The notes beneath the pieces are model-generated. The model made no database searches. It was not told where the DNA came from and saw only the letters and a program-made list of their open reading frames with translations. A DNA stretch of 62,842 bases, counting the filler, from Octopus bimaculoides (taxonomy: Eukaryota), in NCBI RefSeq assembly GCF_001194135.2. It is 6 parts of 6 records of this genome, joined end to end, with 100 filler letters (N's around TTAATTAATTAA, not from the genome) between each part and the next. Parts side by side here need not be neighbours in the genome. Positions count along the whole stretch, not along the records: positions 1 to 9,774 come from NC_069007.1; positions 9,875 to 27,032 come from NC_068998.1; 4 more parts are not named here. The stretch is one strand, 5' to 3'. A program made the position numbers and the translations under genes. Of this stretch, positions 1 to 10,011 are shown one piece after another. How positions within the stretch are numbered: the first letter of the stretch is position 1; each line of letters begins with the position of its first letter.

Positions 1-70
1 ATGGAGAAGTTACCAGAAGACTCTTCCTCGACAACTCCCCAGCAATAGCAGGTAGAGATGGGTGGAGGGA
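1..70 (+). mobile_element. RTE-clade LINE 3' terminal remnant with (ATAAT)n tail
   Basis: Matches the unit ends at 7640-7710 (GAAGACTCTTCC..ACAACTC..CCA..AATAG..GG..GA..GATGG), followed by the same ATAAT microsatellite. Confidence 0.6.
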
Positions 71-176
71 TAATATAATATAATATGATATAATATAATA
101 TGATATAATATAATATCGTATTAGATAATATGTAATATATTACCATATAATATATAATATAGTATAATATAATATA

Positions 177-370
177 TGGGAGAATTTACGAAAAAAACAA
201 CAACAGACGAGGACAGGTGGTGTAAACAACAAAAGGATGTATTAGTTTAACGCTCGGGAATAGAGAAAGTCTTTAACGTTTCGAGCTACGCTCTTCAACA
301 GAAAGAAACAAGGAGGAAAACAAGGAGAAAAAAAATTTAAATGTTGTGGTCAGCGATCTATCATGGCGAC
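177..370 (-). mobile_element. Hammerhead-bearing dispersed repeat, family A (probable non-autonomous Penelope-type terminal repeat), copy 1
   Basis: Same sequence recurs at 2211-2300, 2335-2540, 32521-32890 and 60954-61060; it contains a hammerhead-like fold and abuts an AT-rich microsatellite. Confidence 0.7.
270..306 (-). ncRNA. Minimal type-I hammerhead ribozyme motif, variant core (CUGUUGA), GUU site
   Basis: Minus strand reads UCUUU-CUGUUGA-A-GAGC-GUA-GCUC-GAAAC-GUU-AAAGA: 5-bp helix I, 4-bp helix II, loopless palindromic helix III (ACGU). Confidence 0.65.
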
Positions 371-387
371 TATAATATAATTTGATG

Positions 388-670
388 GACTGTCCCACTG
401 TAGATGTGTGGGTGTCCAGCTTTTGCCGAACGACCTGCACAAATGATTTGTTTATAGGGATCAAATGCATGTGGTGTACATTAGCTCACTCCTTCAGTCA
501 AATCGATGTTGCCTGGACAGGTGCACAGGTGTGCCACGCGTCAGGTGTCGAAGTGATCTCAGAGTAAAGTGAGATGACGTGTTTTGCTCAAGAACACAAT
601 ACACCTCCTGCTCTAGGAACTGAAACCGCGATCTCGCGATCGTGAGTGCAACACCTTGATCACTAGGCCA
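388..670 (-). mobile_element. tRNA-derived SINE, family S3
   Basis: Minus strand head TGGCCTAGTGATCAAGG (A-box-like), then TTGTGTTCTTGAGCAAAACAC; related copies at 3232, 38376 and 45048. Confidence 0.8.
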
Positions 671-677
671 TAGTAAT

Positions 678-841
678 GCGCAGGAGTGGCTGTGTGGTAA
701 GTAACTTGCTTACCAACCACATGGTTCCGGGTTCATTCCCACTGCGTGGCATCTTGGGCAAGTGTCTTCTACTATAGCCTCGGGCCGACCAGAGCCTTGT
801 GAGTGGATTTGGTAGACGGAAACTGAAAGAAGCCTGTCGTA

Positions 842-885
<44 letters not shown>

Positions 886-1100
886 TGTGTGTATGTGTTT
901 GTGTGTCTGTGTTTGTCCCATCAGCATCGCTTGACAACCGATGCTGGTGTGTTTACGTCCCCGTAACTTAGCGGTTCGGCAAAAGGGACCGATAGAATAA
1001 GTACTAGGCTTCCAAAGAATAAGTCCTGGGGTCGATTTGCTCGACTAAAGGCGGTGCTCCAGCATGGCCGCAGTCAAATGACTGAAACACGTAAAAAGAG
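678..1100 (+). mobile_element. tRNA-derived SINE, family S1, full length
   Basis: A-box TGGCTGTGTGG, B-box-like GGTTCATTCCC, CORE-like CTTGGGCAAG, internal (AT)n/(GT)n tract, GAGTAAAA-type tail; more than ten related copies in the window. Confidence 0.9.
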
Positions 1101-1380
1101 TATAATATATGATATATTATGATATTATGTATTATCCTTGATTCATTCACCACTAATTAAGTATTTTACAACGCGGGAGTTATTTCTTAATTAAAATATG
1201 TTTTATAAATGTAAATAGATAAATGATAGAAATCAGAAAAATCGACTCTTATTCTTAAAAGCACTACAATTGTTTCGACTCATTTTTACACTTGTACTAC
1301 ATTGCTTCTGAGATGTAAAATCAGGCGATTGTTTAACTAAGTCCTTCGTCAGATCTTCAGTGTGAAAATGCATACCCAAA

Positions 1381-1426
1381 ATGATGTGTCGTTTTCAACA
1401 GTTTCCAGACAGAATTAAACCCATTG
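1381..1426 (+). CDS. Tentative first coding exon (MMCRFQQFPDRIKPI, phase 1)
   Basis: AAA-ATG context; the phase-1 end joins in frame to 3714; the donor GTATAG is weak. Confidence 0.2.
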
Positions 1427-1755
1427 GTATAGTGACAGACAGAATACAATTATAATCAAAATACAAAATACAGAAATAAATAAGTACGCAAAAGACTGTT
1501 TTATAAATGTGTGTAGGTATATATTTGTAAGTATGCGAATATGTGCTTTATATATGTGCATATATGAGTGCGTGTGTGTATGTATGTATGCATGTATGTG
1601 TGCGTGCGTGTGCATGTGAGGAGTGTGTGTGTACATATGTATAAGCTCACAAAATCATATACTCACACATATACATATTTAAGTATATGTATGTGTGCGT
1701 TTATATATATATACATAAAAATTTATAAATATATGTAAGTATATATATATATATA

Positions 1756-1793
<38 letters not shown>

Positions 1794-2210
1794 NNNNNNN
1801 NNNNNNNNNNNNNNNNNNNNNNNNNNNNNNNNNNNNNNNNNNNNNNNNNNNNNNNNNNNNNNNNNNNNNNNNNNNNNNNNNNNNNNNNNNNNNNNNNNNN
1901 NNNNNNNNNNNNNNNNNNNNNNNNNNNNNNNNNNNNNNNNNNNNNNNNNNNNNNNNNNNNNNNNNNNNNNNNNNNNNNNNNNNNNNNNNNNNNNNNNNNN
2001 NNNNNNNNNNNNNNNNNNNNNNNNNNNNNNNNNNNNNNNNNNNNNNNNNNNNNNNNNNNNNNNNNNNNNNNNNNNNNNNNNNNNNNNNNNNNNNNNNNNN
2101 NNNNNNNNNNNNNNNNNNNNNNNNNNNNNNNNNNNNNNNNNNNNNNNNNNNNNNNNNNNNNNNNNNNNNNNNNNNNNNNNNNNNNNNNNNNNNNNNNNNN
2201 NNNNNNNNTA

Positions 2211-2300
2211 AAGACTTTCTCTATTCCCGAGCGTTATACTAATACATCCATTCGTTGTTTACACCACCTGTCTTCGTCTGTTGTTTTTTCGTGAACTCTC
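2211..2300 (+). mobile_element. Family A repeat, 3' part (5' part lies in the N gap)
   Basis: Reverse complement of 177-272; tail-to-tail with the copy at 2335. Confidence 0.7.
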
Positions 2301-2334
2301 ATATATGAATGTGTGTATATATATATATATATAT

Positions 2335-2540
2335 GGGAGAATATACAAAAAATAACAACAGACGAGGACAGGTGGTGTAAATAACAAAAGTATATATTAG
2401 TATGACGCTCGGGAATACGGAAAGTCTTTGACGTTTCGAGCTACGCTCTTCAACAGAAAGAATACGGAGACAAGGAGAAAAATACGGAGAAAAAAAATTG
2501 AATAGTGTTCAGTCAACGGTCAATCATAATAATGGCCGAT
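2335..2540 (-). mobile_element. Family A hammerhead-bearing repeat, copy 2 (young subfamily)
   Basis: 2335-2441 is identical by eye (107 nt) to the reverse complement of 60954-61060. Confidence 0.75.
2425..2461 (-). ncRNA. Minimal type-I hammerhead ribozyme motif, CUGUUGA core, GUC site
   Basis: UCUUU-CUGUUGA-A-GAGC-GUA-GCUC-GAAAC-GUC-AAAGA. Confidence 0.7.
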
Positions 2541-2642
2541 CTATATATATATATATACACATACATATATTATAAATTTGTAAATAAACTGAAGGTTGTA
2601 AATTGCGGAGAACCGCGACACTTATTATCATATAAATGATAT

Positions 2643-2747
2643 ATAGAGGGGACAAACAAGAACAGACAAAGGGATTAAGTCGATTACATCGACCCCAGTG
2701 CGTAACTGGTACTTAATTTATCGACCCCAAAAGGATGAAAGGCAAAG
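2643..2747 (-). mobile_element. SINE family S2, 3' part
   Basis: Nearly identical to 62040-62145 (CTTTGCCTTTCATCCTTT..GGGGTCGAT..AAATTAAGTACCAG). Confidence 0.8.
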
Positions 2748-3231
2748 GTTGCATATCCTTGACTTTCTGCACACTCTATCTGCCAACATTACTAATATTA
2801 CGTAATTCTGAATCCCCAAACATGTCGGATCTGAATTACTAATCCCTCTTCTCTTAGTTATCCGTATTTTTCGTACTCCATGTAAATCTGTTCTATAAAT
2901 ATATATATATATANNNNNNNNNNNNNNNNNNNNNNNNNNNNNNNNNNNNNNNNNNNNNNNNNNNNNNNNNNNNNNNNNNNNNNNNNNNNNNNNNNNNNNN
3001 NNNNNNNNNNNNNNNNNNNNNNNNNNNNNNNNNNNNNNNNNNNNNNNNNNNNNNNNNNNNNNNNNNNNNNNNNNNNNNNNNNNNNNNNNNNNNNNNNNNN
3101 NNNNNNNNNNNNNNNNNNNNNNNNNNNNNNNNNNNNNNNNNNNNNNNNNNNNNNNNNNNNNNNNNNNNNNNNNNNNNNNNNNNNNNNNNNNNNNNNNNNN
3201 NNNNNNNNNNNNNNNNNNNNNNNNNNNNNNN

Positions 3232-3345
3232 NGTTGAGATGATTGTAGACCAACGTGAGATGAAGTGTTTTGTCCAAGAACAAACGCACTACCCGTCCTA
3301 AGAATTGAAAACACGATCTCGCGGTCGTGAGTGCAACACTAGACT
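3232..3345 (-). mobile_element. SINE family S3, 5' part
   Basis: Homologous to 570-670. Confidence 0.7.
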
Positions 3346-3406
3346 ATGCGCCCACTACACTATGCGCCCACTAGACTATGCGCACAATAGTCTATGTGCT
3401 TACATA

Positions 3407-3625
3407 CGAGGGAGTGTTGAAAAATTTCTGGCTTATTTTTAGAGTGTCCCAAAAGGCCCGGTTGGAGTCCTAACCTTCCGAGATCTTTTACAAGGCTTAG
3501 GAAAACTGAAGGACCGCTACAATAAGTGTGTGAATCTGAGAGGGGAATATGTTGAATAAAATCATAATTAACTGATCCTCTTGTATTTTCTTTTGCCCAT
3601 AGTCAAACTTTTTAGCAACCCCTCG
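3407..3625 (+). mobile_element. Mariner-derived MITE (internally deleted)
   Basis: TA target duplication (3405-6 and 3626-7), TIRs CGAGGG..TTGAAAAATTT / AAACTTTTTAGCAACCCCTCG, and an internal mariner C-terminus remnant (KLKDRYNKCVNLRGEYVE*). Confidence 0.8.
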
Positions 3626-3713
3626 TAGACTTATATGTCAAATTTATATGTTTTATGTAACTCTATGTAACTCTATGAGTAAACTGATATTTTCATTATC
3701 TTATACTTAACAG

Positions 3714-3846
3714 ATGATGGCGTGGTTAAGCAATGTTCGACCGTAATGGCGTATTATCCTGGAGTAGTACTTGTCTTGACGGTGCTCTTGGTGTTGATTG
3801 GAATAGGCTTAGTGGTGAATGAAATCTACATGTACTGTGAAGAAAG
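3714..3846 (+). CDS. Candidate coding exon with one transmembrane helix (..DGVVKQCSTVMAYYPGVVLVLTVLLVLIGIGLVVNEIYMYCEE-R)
   Basis: Acceptor tttcattatcttatacttaacag| and donor AAG|gtaaaa; only one frame is open (phase 1 to phase 2) and it encodes a ~20-residue hydrophobic helix. Read-through would stop at TAA 3848-3850. Confidence 0.55.
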
Positions 3847-5436
3847 GTAAAATAGATACGAACAGAAATAACTCGGCTTTGAAAAATGACACCTTGTGCT
3901 AGGAACTGTAGACGGCTTCAATGGACGTATATATTATCGTTTCACTCTTTCGGCCCTTCTCTCCTTGGACAATGATATTAACGACATCCCTTCCACAAAT
4001 TGACGCCCTCTCCACCCCACATCTCATATGAGGATTTCCAACAACAACAACAACAACGGCTTCACCAATTACGGACTTGCAATGACGTGTCTTAGACAAC
4101 CCGTAGAAGCTGAAGCCGAAAGACAAATTGAAACAAGAGTCTGAAGAGCTGTACTTCTCTGAAGAGTGTGTATATATATNNNNNNNNNNNNNNNNNNNNN
4201 NNNNNNNNNNNNNNNNNNNNNNNNNNNNNNNNNNNNNNNNNNNNNNNNNNNNNNNNNNNNTATATGTATGTATGTATATCGTTTCTTGGAATATTTTGCT
4301 TTGTTTGGTGCTGATTTTCCCGGTGATTTGGTTTCTCACATTTACACAACCAACGTTCCGTTATGCCATCTTTACATGTTGTTATACAACAAGAATCGAT
4401 CCAAACTCTATTTCATATAAATGGTGCAGTATTTTATTTTAATTTATTTGGCGATGTTCGTATATATTGCTTAATATAATGACTACAACGAAACGTAATG
4501 TCATTCATGTACGATTTGAAACCGGAACGATCACAACTGAATTCATTGAAATCTTCGGTCTACATTTCTTTAATATCTTTGTCACATCATGGCACTTCTC
4601 ATTCCCGATATATCACTAGGAGTGTTAAGAATTTGACGACGTAAAACCATACGTTTGTGTAACAATCTTCTGGCATTTTGGACATCTCCATGGAGTTTAT
4701 GATAACATAACGACAATTAACACCGTAATTAGCAAATATCAAATATGAAAAAAGAGAAAAAGAAAGAACGAAAGAAACAATGAAATACTTAACGGTTTAG
4801 TGATAAAAATCTGTGTTACCTGGTAATTAATCGGAGAAATTCTTTAATTAGTTGAATTTAATTTGCTGAAGGGAATAGGCGGAAATCAGTAATTATCTAT
4901 TTTTTTATTTTGTTTCGTTTTGAAAGAAAATAAAATTCAAATGTTTCGCACATCTATTTATCTTTGGTGTTTTTTTAATTTGCTAAAATTTTTTAACAAG
5001 CATTTATAGTTTAACCATACGCACGCACGCACGCACACATGAAACACTTTGCGAATATACTGCCTGCATTCGACGTGTTAGCGACGTCAGATACTCAACC
5101 TCTGTGCACGTGTGTAACACACATTCTATGTCATGCGCGACACTCGGCGCTTGAGTCACTTTTGTAGTTAGTTACACATACATAATACATACATACATAC
5201 ATACATACATACATAAATATATATTTGATTCAATTCTGTGCCACTCCAAGCTTCGCAGGCTCCTAACGAGAGCCCGACTGAAGGCTTTGGATTGCCGAAT
5301 GAAGAGATACAGGAAGTCCAAGAAGGCTACCGGATGCTAGGCTGCTATTGGTCAAGGTGGGCTGCATGGTGTTGTAAATTAATATTGTCAAAGAATATCG
5401 GTTCCTTAGCGACAACACTTCCATCAGAAAGGGAGC

Positions 5437-6625
5437 CTTCTTGAGTACATCAAGGCGCCAAATATCGCGGTCCTTTGTCATTTCCTTCGCAATGCTCACA
5501 GTGTCTTGAGACTAATGCTTCGTCCCTTGTCTTCCAGGGTCTCCTTCTTCCGCAAGTTCCTTTTACATTAAGTGATTCTCCCTTTTTATATTGTTTAACT
5601 GTTCACATTCATGCACACCACATGCCCAAACCAGCGCAGTCTCCTCTCTTGCATACTGCATCTAATTCCTCTTATGCCTAACTTCTCTCTTAATACACTA
5701 ACACTCTGTTGCACACGTACACTCACATTACACATCTAGCGAAGCATACTAACCTTATTCCTCTCTAGTCTTTGCATTCTCTCTGCAATCAAGGTCCACA
5801 ACTCACTACCATGTAGCATCGTTGTTCGTACATATGCATCATGCAGTCTTCCTTTCACTTGAAGGCAGAAACCTTTGGTTACCAACAGAAGTAAAAGCTA
5901 TATGAATTTTCTCAATCTCATTCTTATTTTAGCAATTACACTTTCAGTAATTCTCCGCCACTGATAATTATCCCCTTAGGGAGCAGAAATTATCCACTAC
6001 CTCTAAAGAGCCTCCGGGGCATTTGAGAAAATCAATTTCCCATGTATCTGTAGACTTTATGGCTCCTGTATATCTTCCGCATACAAATACTATTTCTCTG
6101 TAACTTTCCTATTATTCCACCGCATCTCTTTTGTGTCTATAACTTGCACTGTGTACATCGTGCGGAATTCCTGCTTACACTTTTCCTACGCATCGAGCTG
6201 GGCCATTTACCTGAAGCGAGTAGGGTCCTGTTTGTTCTCCTAATTACCAGAACATTGGTCTTTGTTAAGTTAACCATTAGACCGTTTGATTCCAGGTTTT
6301 GCATCCACGCCTGGAATTTCTTTTCTAGTTCCGTTACAAAATCTGCTCTGAGCGTAATATCATCGGCACATAGCAGATCCTAGTGGAAGTCTGTCTTGAT
6401 TTCTTCTGTTTTCGCCTGGAGGACAATAATGAATAGGAGAAGAATGAGAACCGAACCCTGATGAACGCCTACCTGAACACTAAATTCATCACTGTACTCA
6501 TGATTAACTCAGTTCATGGCCTGTACAACTGTCACAAGCCACTCGTCTACTTCGAGCTCCCTCAGAGCCGACCATATCACACAGTGAGGAATTCTGTCGA
6601 AGGCTTTCTCCAAGTCAAGTACTTC
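5437..6625 (-). mobile_element. 5'-truncated RTE-clade LINE (degenerate RT to C-terminus)
   Basis: Minus translation DLEKAFDRIPH..IWSALR, VGVHQGSVL, LLCADDI, NLTKT, with a C-terminus DRDIWRLDVLKK; multiple stops and frameshifts. Confidence 0.9.
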
Positions 6626-6778
6626 GTTATATCATACTTGAAGCCGATATACTGATGAAAGACGTTTACAGAAACTATATTGAAGTATATTGTATGGATG
6701 CATAGTGTTAAAAAACACAGGAATATATAAGTAGCTGACGAAAAGTATCTAGTAGCGAATATATATATATATGAATAT

Positions 6779-6959
6779 GCAGGAGTGGCTGTGTGGTAAG
6801 TAGCTTACTTACCAACCACATGGTTCTGAGTTCAGTTCCATTGCGTGGCACCTTGGACAAGTGTCTTCTGCTATACCCTCGAGCCGACCAAAGCCTTGTG
6901 AATGGATTTGGTAGACGGAAACTGAAAGAATCCCGTCGTATATATATATATATATATAT
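6779..6959 (+). mobile_element. SINE family S1, 5' half (runs into gap)
   Basis: Homologous to 678-845. Confidence 0.85.
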
Positions 6960-7594
6960 NNNNNNNNNNNNNNNNNNNNNNNNNNNNNNNNNNNNNNNNN
7001 NNNNNNNNNNNNNNNNNNNNNNNNNNNNNNNNNNNNNNNNNNNNNNNNNNNNNNNNNNNNNNNNNNNNNNNNNNNNNNNNNNNNNNNNNNNNNNNNNNNN
7101 NNNNNNNNNNNNNNNNNNNNNNNNNNNNNNNNNNNNNNNNNNNNNNNNNNNNNNNNNNNNNNNNNNNNNNNNNNNNNNNNNNNNNNNNNNNNNNNNNNNN
7201 NNNNNNNNNNNNNNNNNNNNNNNNNNNNNNNNNNNNNNNNNNNNNNNNNNNNNNNNNNNNNNNNNNNNNNNNNNNNNNNNNNNNNNNNNNTATACATACA
7301 GAGATTGGATAAATTAATGGAAACACCAAGTATCATAGCATCAAAAGCTTGTTTATTTTTATGTTTTTTGATTTATTATTAGTGTTGCTTAATGTTTTGC
7401 TAAAATTGCTGTTTCGTTTCAGATATCATCAGAAAAAGGTAATTAAAATAATGTTTATAGGCAATTTTTAATTTGGTGGCAATATTCCTCCGTGCAGCTT
7501 CCTAGGTCTAAACGACAGTAGTATTATTCCATTCATGGGACTGTCACATTAAGTTGACAGCATACAATTACTCCAAAACTGTTGTTTGTAACGC

Positions 7595-9020
7595 TTAGGC
7601 ATCCAGTGGGAAAGTGCCGTTTCTGATAGAATCCTCAGGAGGAGTTGCTTGAAGACTCTTCCCAGACAACTCTCCAAGAATAGTAGGCGGGAAAGATGGA
7701 TGGATAATAATATAATATAATATAATATAATATAATATAATATAATATATGATATATGATATGATGTGATATGATATGATATAATACAAGGGGTTCCTGG
7801 GATGGATCTCTGGAGTAACGTTACTCAACAGGGTGCGTTGCTCGATGATCAGGGAGTCTCTCCAGGCCAAATTTTTTCGGTATTGAGAGTTCACAGTTCC
7901 GGTACGAAGGTTATGGAATTAGAATTTTGCAGGTAAGAATCACAAGACGGATTCTTCAAGCTGAGTAAATAGACAGGGGCCTTAGAGGTAGACCAAGAAC
8001 GAAATAGTTGGTGACGCTTGGGAATCCAGCCAGAAAGTCTAATGACAGTTGCTTCTGATAAGACAGGGTCCTATGGAGGAGATGTTTCAGGATCCTACCC
8101 CCACAACCTTCCCAAGAATAAAAGGCGGAGAAGATGGACGGGTAGCAAGAAAGCTACACAGATAGCTAGAAAAATTCCAGCTCTGGTCCGTGATTAAAAT
8201 GTTACAGGAAAGAATAGCAAGACTGATTCTTGACGCTGTTCCAAACCAGCAGGAGGGCAAGGGGCAGACCAAGAATAAGACGGTTGGATAACATGCATAG
8301 TCTTAGATGATGATGATGCTTGGGAATACAACCGGAAAGTGTAATGATGTTTGCTTCTGATAGGATCCTACGGAGGAGGTACCTAAGGACTGTACCACTA
8401 CGGCCCTTCGAGCAATAGTGGGTAGAGTGGATGGTCGGATAGCTAGATAGCTGCATAGACATTTAGAAAAATTAAAGCTCCGGTAAGGGAGACATGTGAT
8501 TAGAAAAGAATGGCAAAGGGGATTCTCCGAGCTGATCCAAACCAGCAGGAGAGCTAGAGATAGACCAAGAATGTGATTGTTGGACGATATCCGTAATCTC
8601 AGTTGGAATCCTGCCAGAGAGTCTAATGACGCTTGCTTCTGATAGGACCCTGTGCTGGAGGCAACTGAGATTTCTACCCCAACAACCTGCCCAGGAATAG
8701 TAGGCGAAGAAGATGGATAGATGGATAGATAGCTACACAGACTGTTTGAAAGATTAAAGCTCCGGTACAAGAGACACGTAATTAGAATGTCGCAGGAAAG
8801 CAGCGCAAGACGGATTCTTCAACCTGAGCAACTGGTAGGAGACCTAGAGGTAGACCAAGAACGAAATGGTTGAATAATATTCGTTAGCCTCAGTTGGTGC
8901 CGCCTGGGAATCTATCCAGAAAGTATAATGATGCTTGCTTTTGACAGGACCCTGAGTACTCGACCACCACGACCTTCCCAAGAATAATATTTCTACAGAT
9001 AAAAGATAGATGGACGGACG
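7595..9020 (+). repeat. Tandem array of about five diverged RTE LINE 3' ends (about 290-bp period)
   Basis: Repeated translation remnants of ..SQLRW.GHVIR..QER..R.IL..RRPRGRPRT.WLDNI..LGI.PE..M.VASDR..WRR..PPQPSQE, each ending in (GATG/GATA)n; unit boundaries near 7790, 8150, 8440 and 8735. Confidence 0.75.
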
Positions 9021-9060
9021 AAACTACAAATATGGTTTTAATATTAAATTAAAGATTAAA

Positions 9061-9305
9061 GCGGCGAGCTGGTAGAATCATTAATACACCGGGAAAAATG
9101 TTTAACGGCATTACTAGCAAGCCGGACGAAATGCTTTACGGCATGTCATCCGTCTTCACATTCTGAGTTCAAATTCCGCTGAGGTCGACTTCGCCTTTTA
9201 TCCTTTCGGGGTCGATAAAATAAGTACCAGTTGAGCACTGGGGTCGATGTAATCGATCTACCCCTCCCCCAAACTTACTGGCCTTGTGCCAAAATTTGGA
9301 ACCAT
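9061..9305 (+). mobile_element. tRNA-derived SINE, family S2
   Basis: Head GGCGAGCTGGTAGAATC, B-box GAGTTCAAATTCC, body GCCTTT.ATCCTTTCGGGGTCGATAAAATAAGTACCAG. Confidence 0.85.
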
Positions 9306-9476
9306 TTTTTAAATTGAAGACCTTTTATATAAAATATCCTCGAATTAATCTTTGGCAAGAAATGAAATTTTTGTCTTAGACTTTCTTTCAGCTTTTAAAT
9401 ATATTCTTCATTTGTCACAACCAAATGACGTCACATCATCGAAGCGTTTTCTCCATATAACATACAAACGCTTGCC

Positions 9477-9514
<38 letters not shown>

Positions 9515-9945
9515 ATGTGTGTGTGTGTGCGCGCGCGCATATATATGTGTGACTTTGTGCGTGTGTATATATATATGTGTGTGTTTGTGTGTATATATGT
9601 GTGTGTATACAAATATTTAAGTATGAATGTACGTATGTAGGCATGCACATAGACACACAAACACACAAAAACACAAACACACGCACACACACACACATTT
9701 TTATTCTTCCGAACCGAAAGATCCAAGAGGGTGGACCTCAAAGCAGTGTGTACCAAAAAGATAAAAAAACAGGANNNNNNNNNNNNNNNNNNNNNNNNNN
9801 NNNNNNNNNNNNNNNNNNTTAATTAATTAANNNNNNNNNNNNNNNNNNNNNNNNNNNNNNNNNNNNNNNNNNNNATCCCATGATGTCTCTAGCTGGCTAG
9901 TGAGATTTATTGAAATATTCTACTTATTATTGTTATTATTTGCAG

Positions 9946-10011
9946 GAAATTGCATTTATATTGCGGAGGGAAAAAAATATCCCAAACAACTTATGAATTT
10001 ATATTTACAGG
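9946..10011 (+). CDS. Candidate 66-nt symmetric internal exon (phase 2: KLHLYCGGKKISQTTYEFIFT)
   Basis: Strong acceptor ttattattgttattatttgcag| and consensus donor AGG|GTAAGT; open in the phase that continues exon 3714-3846 (the phase-1 frame is also open). Confidence 0.5.

Noticed and set aside
6650-6700. CTGATGA…GAAAC near the RTE truncation; similar partial matches at 7410-7430, 38575-38605 and 43090
   Set aside because: No convincing helix II or helix I, or no UH cleavage site.
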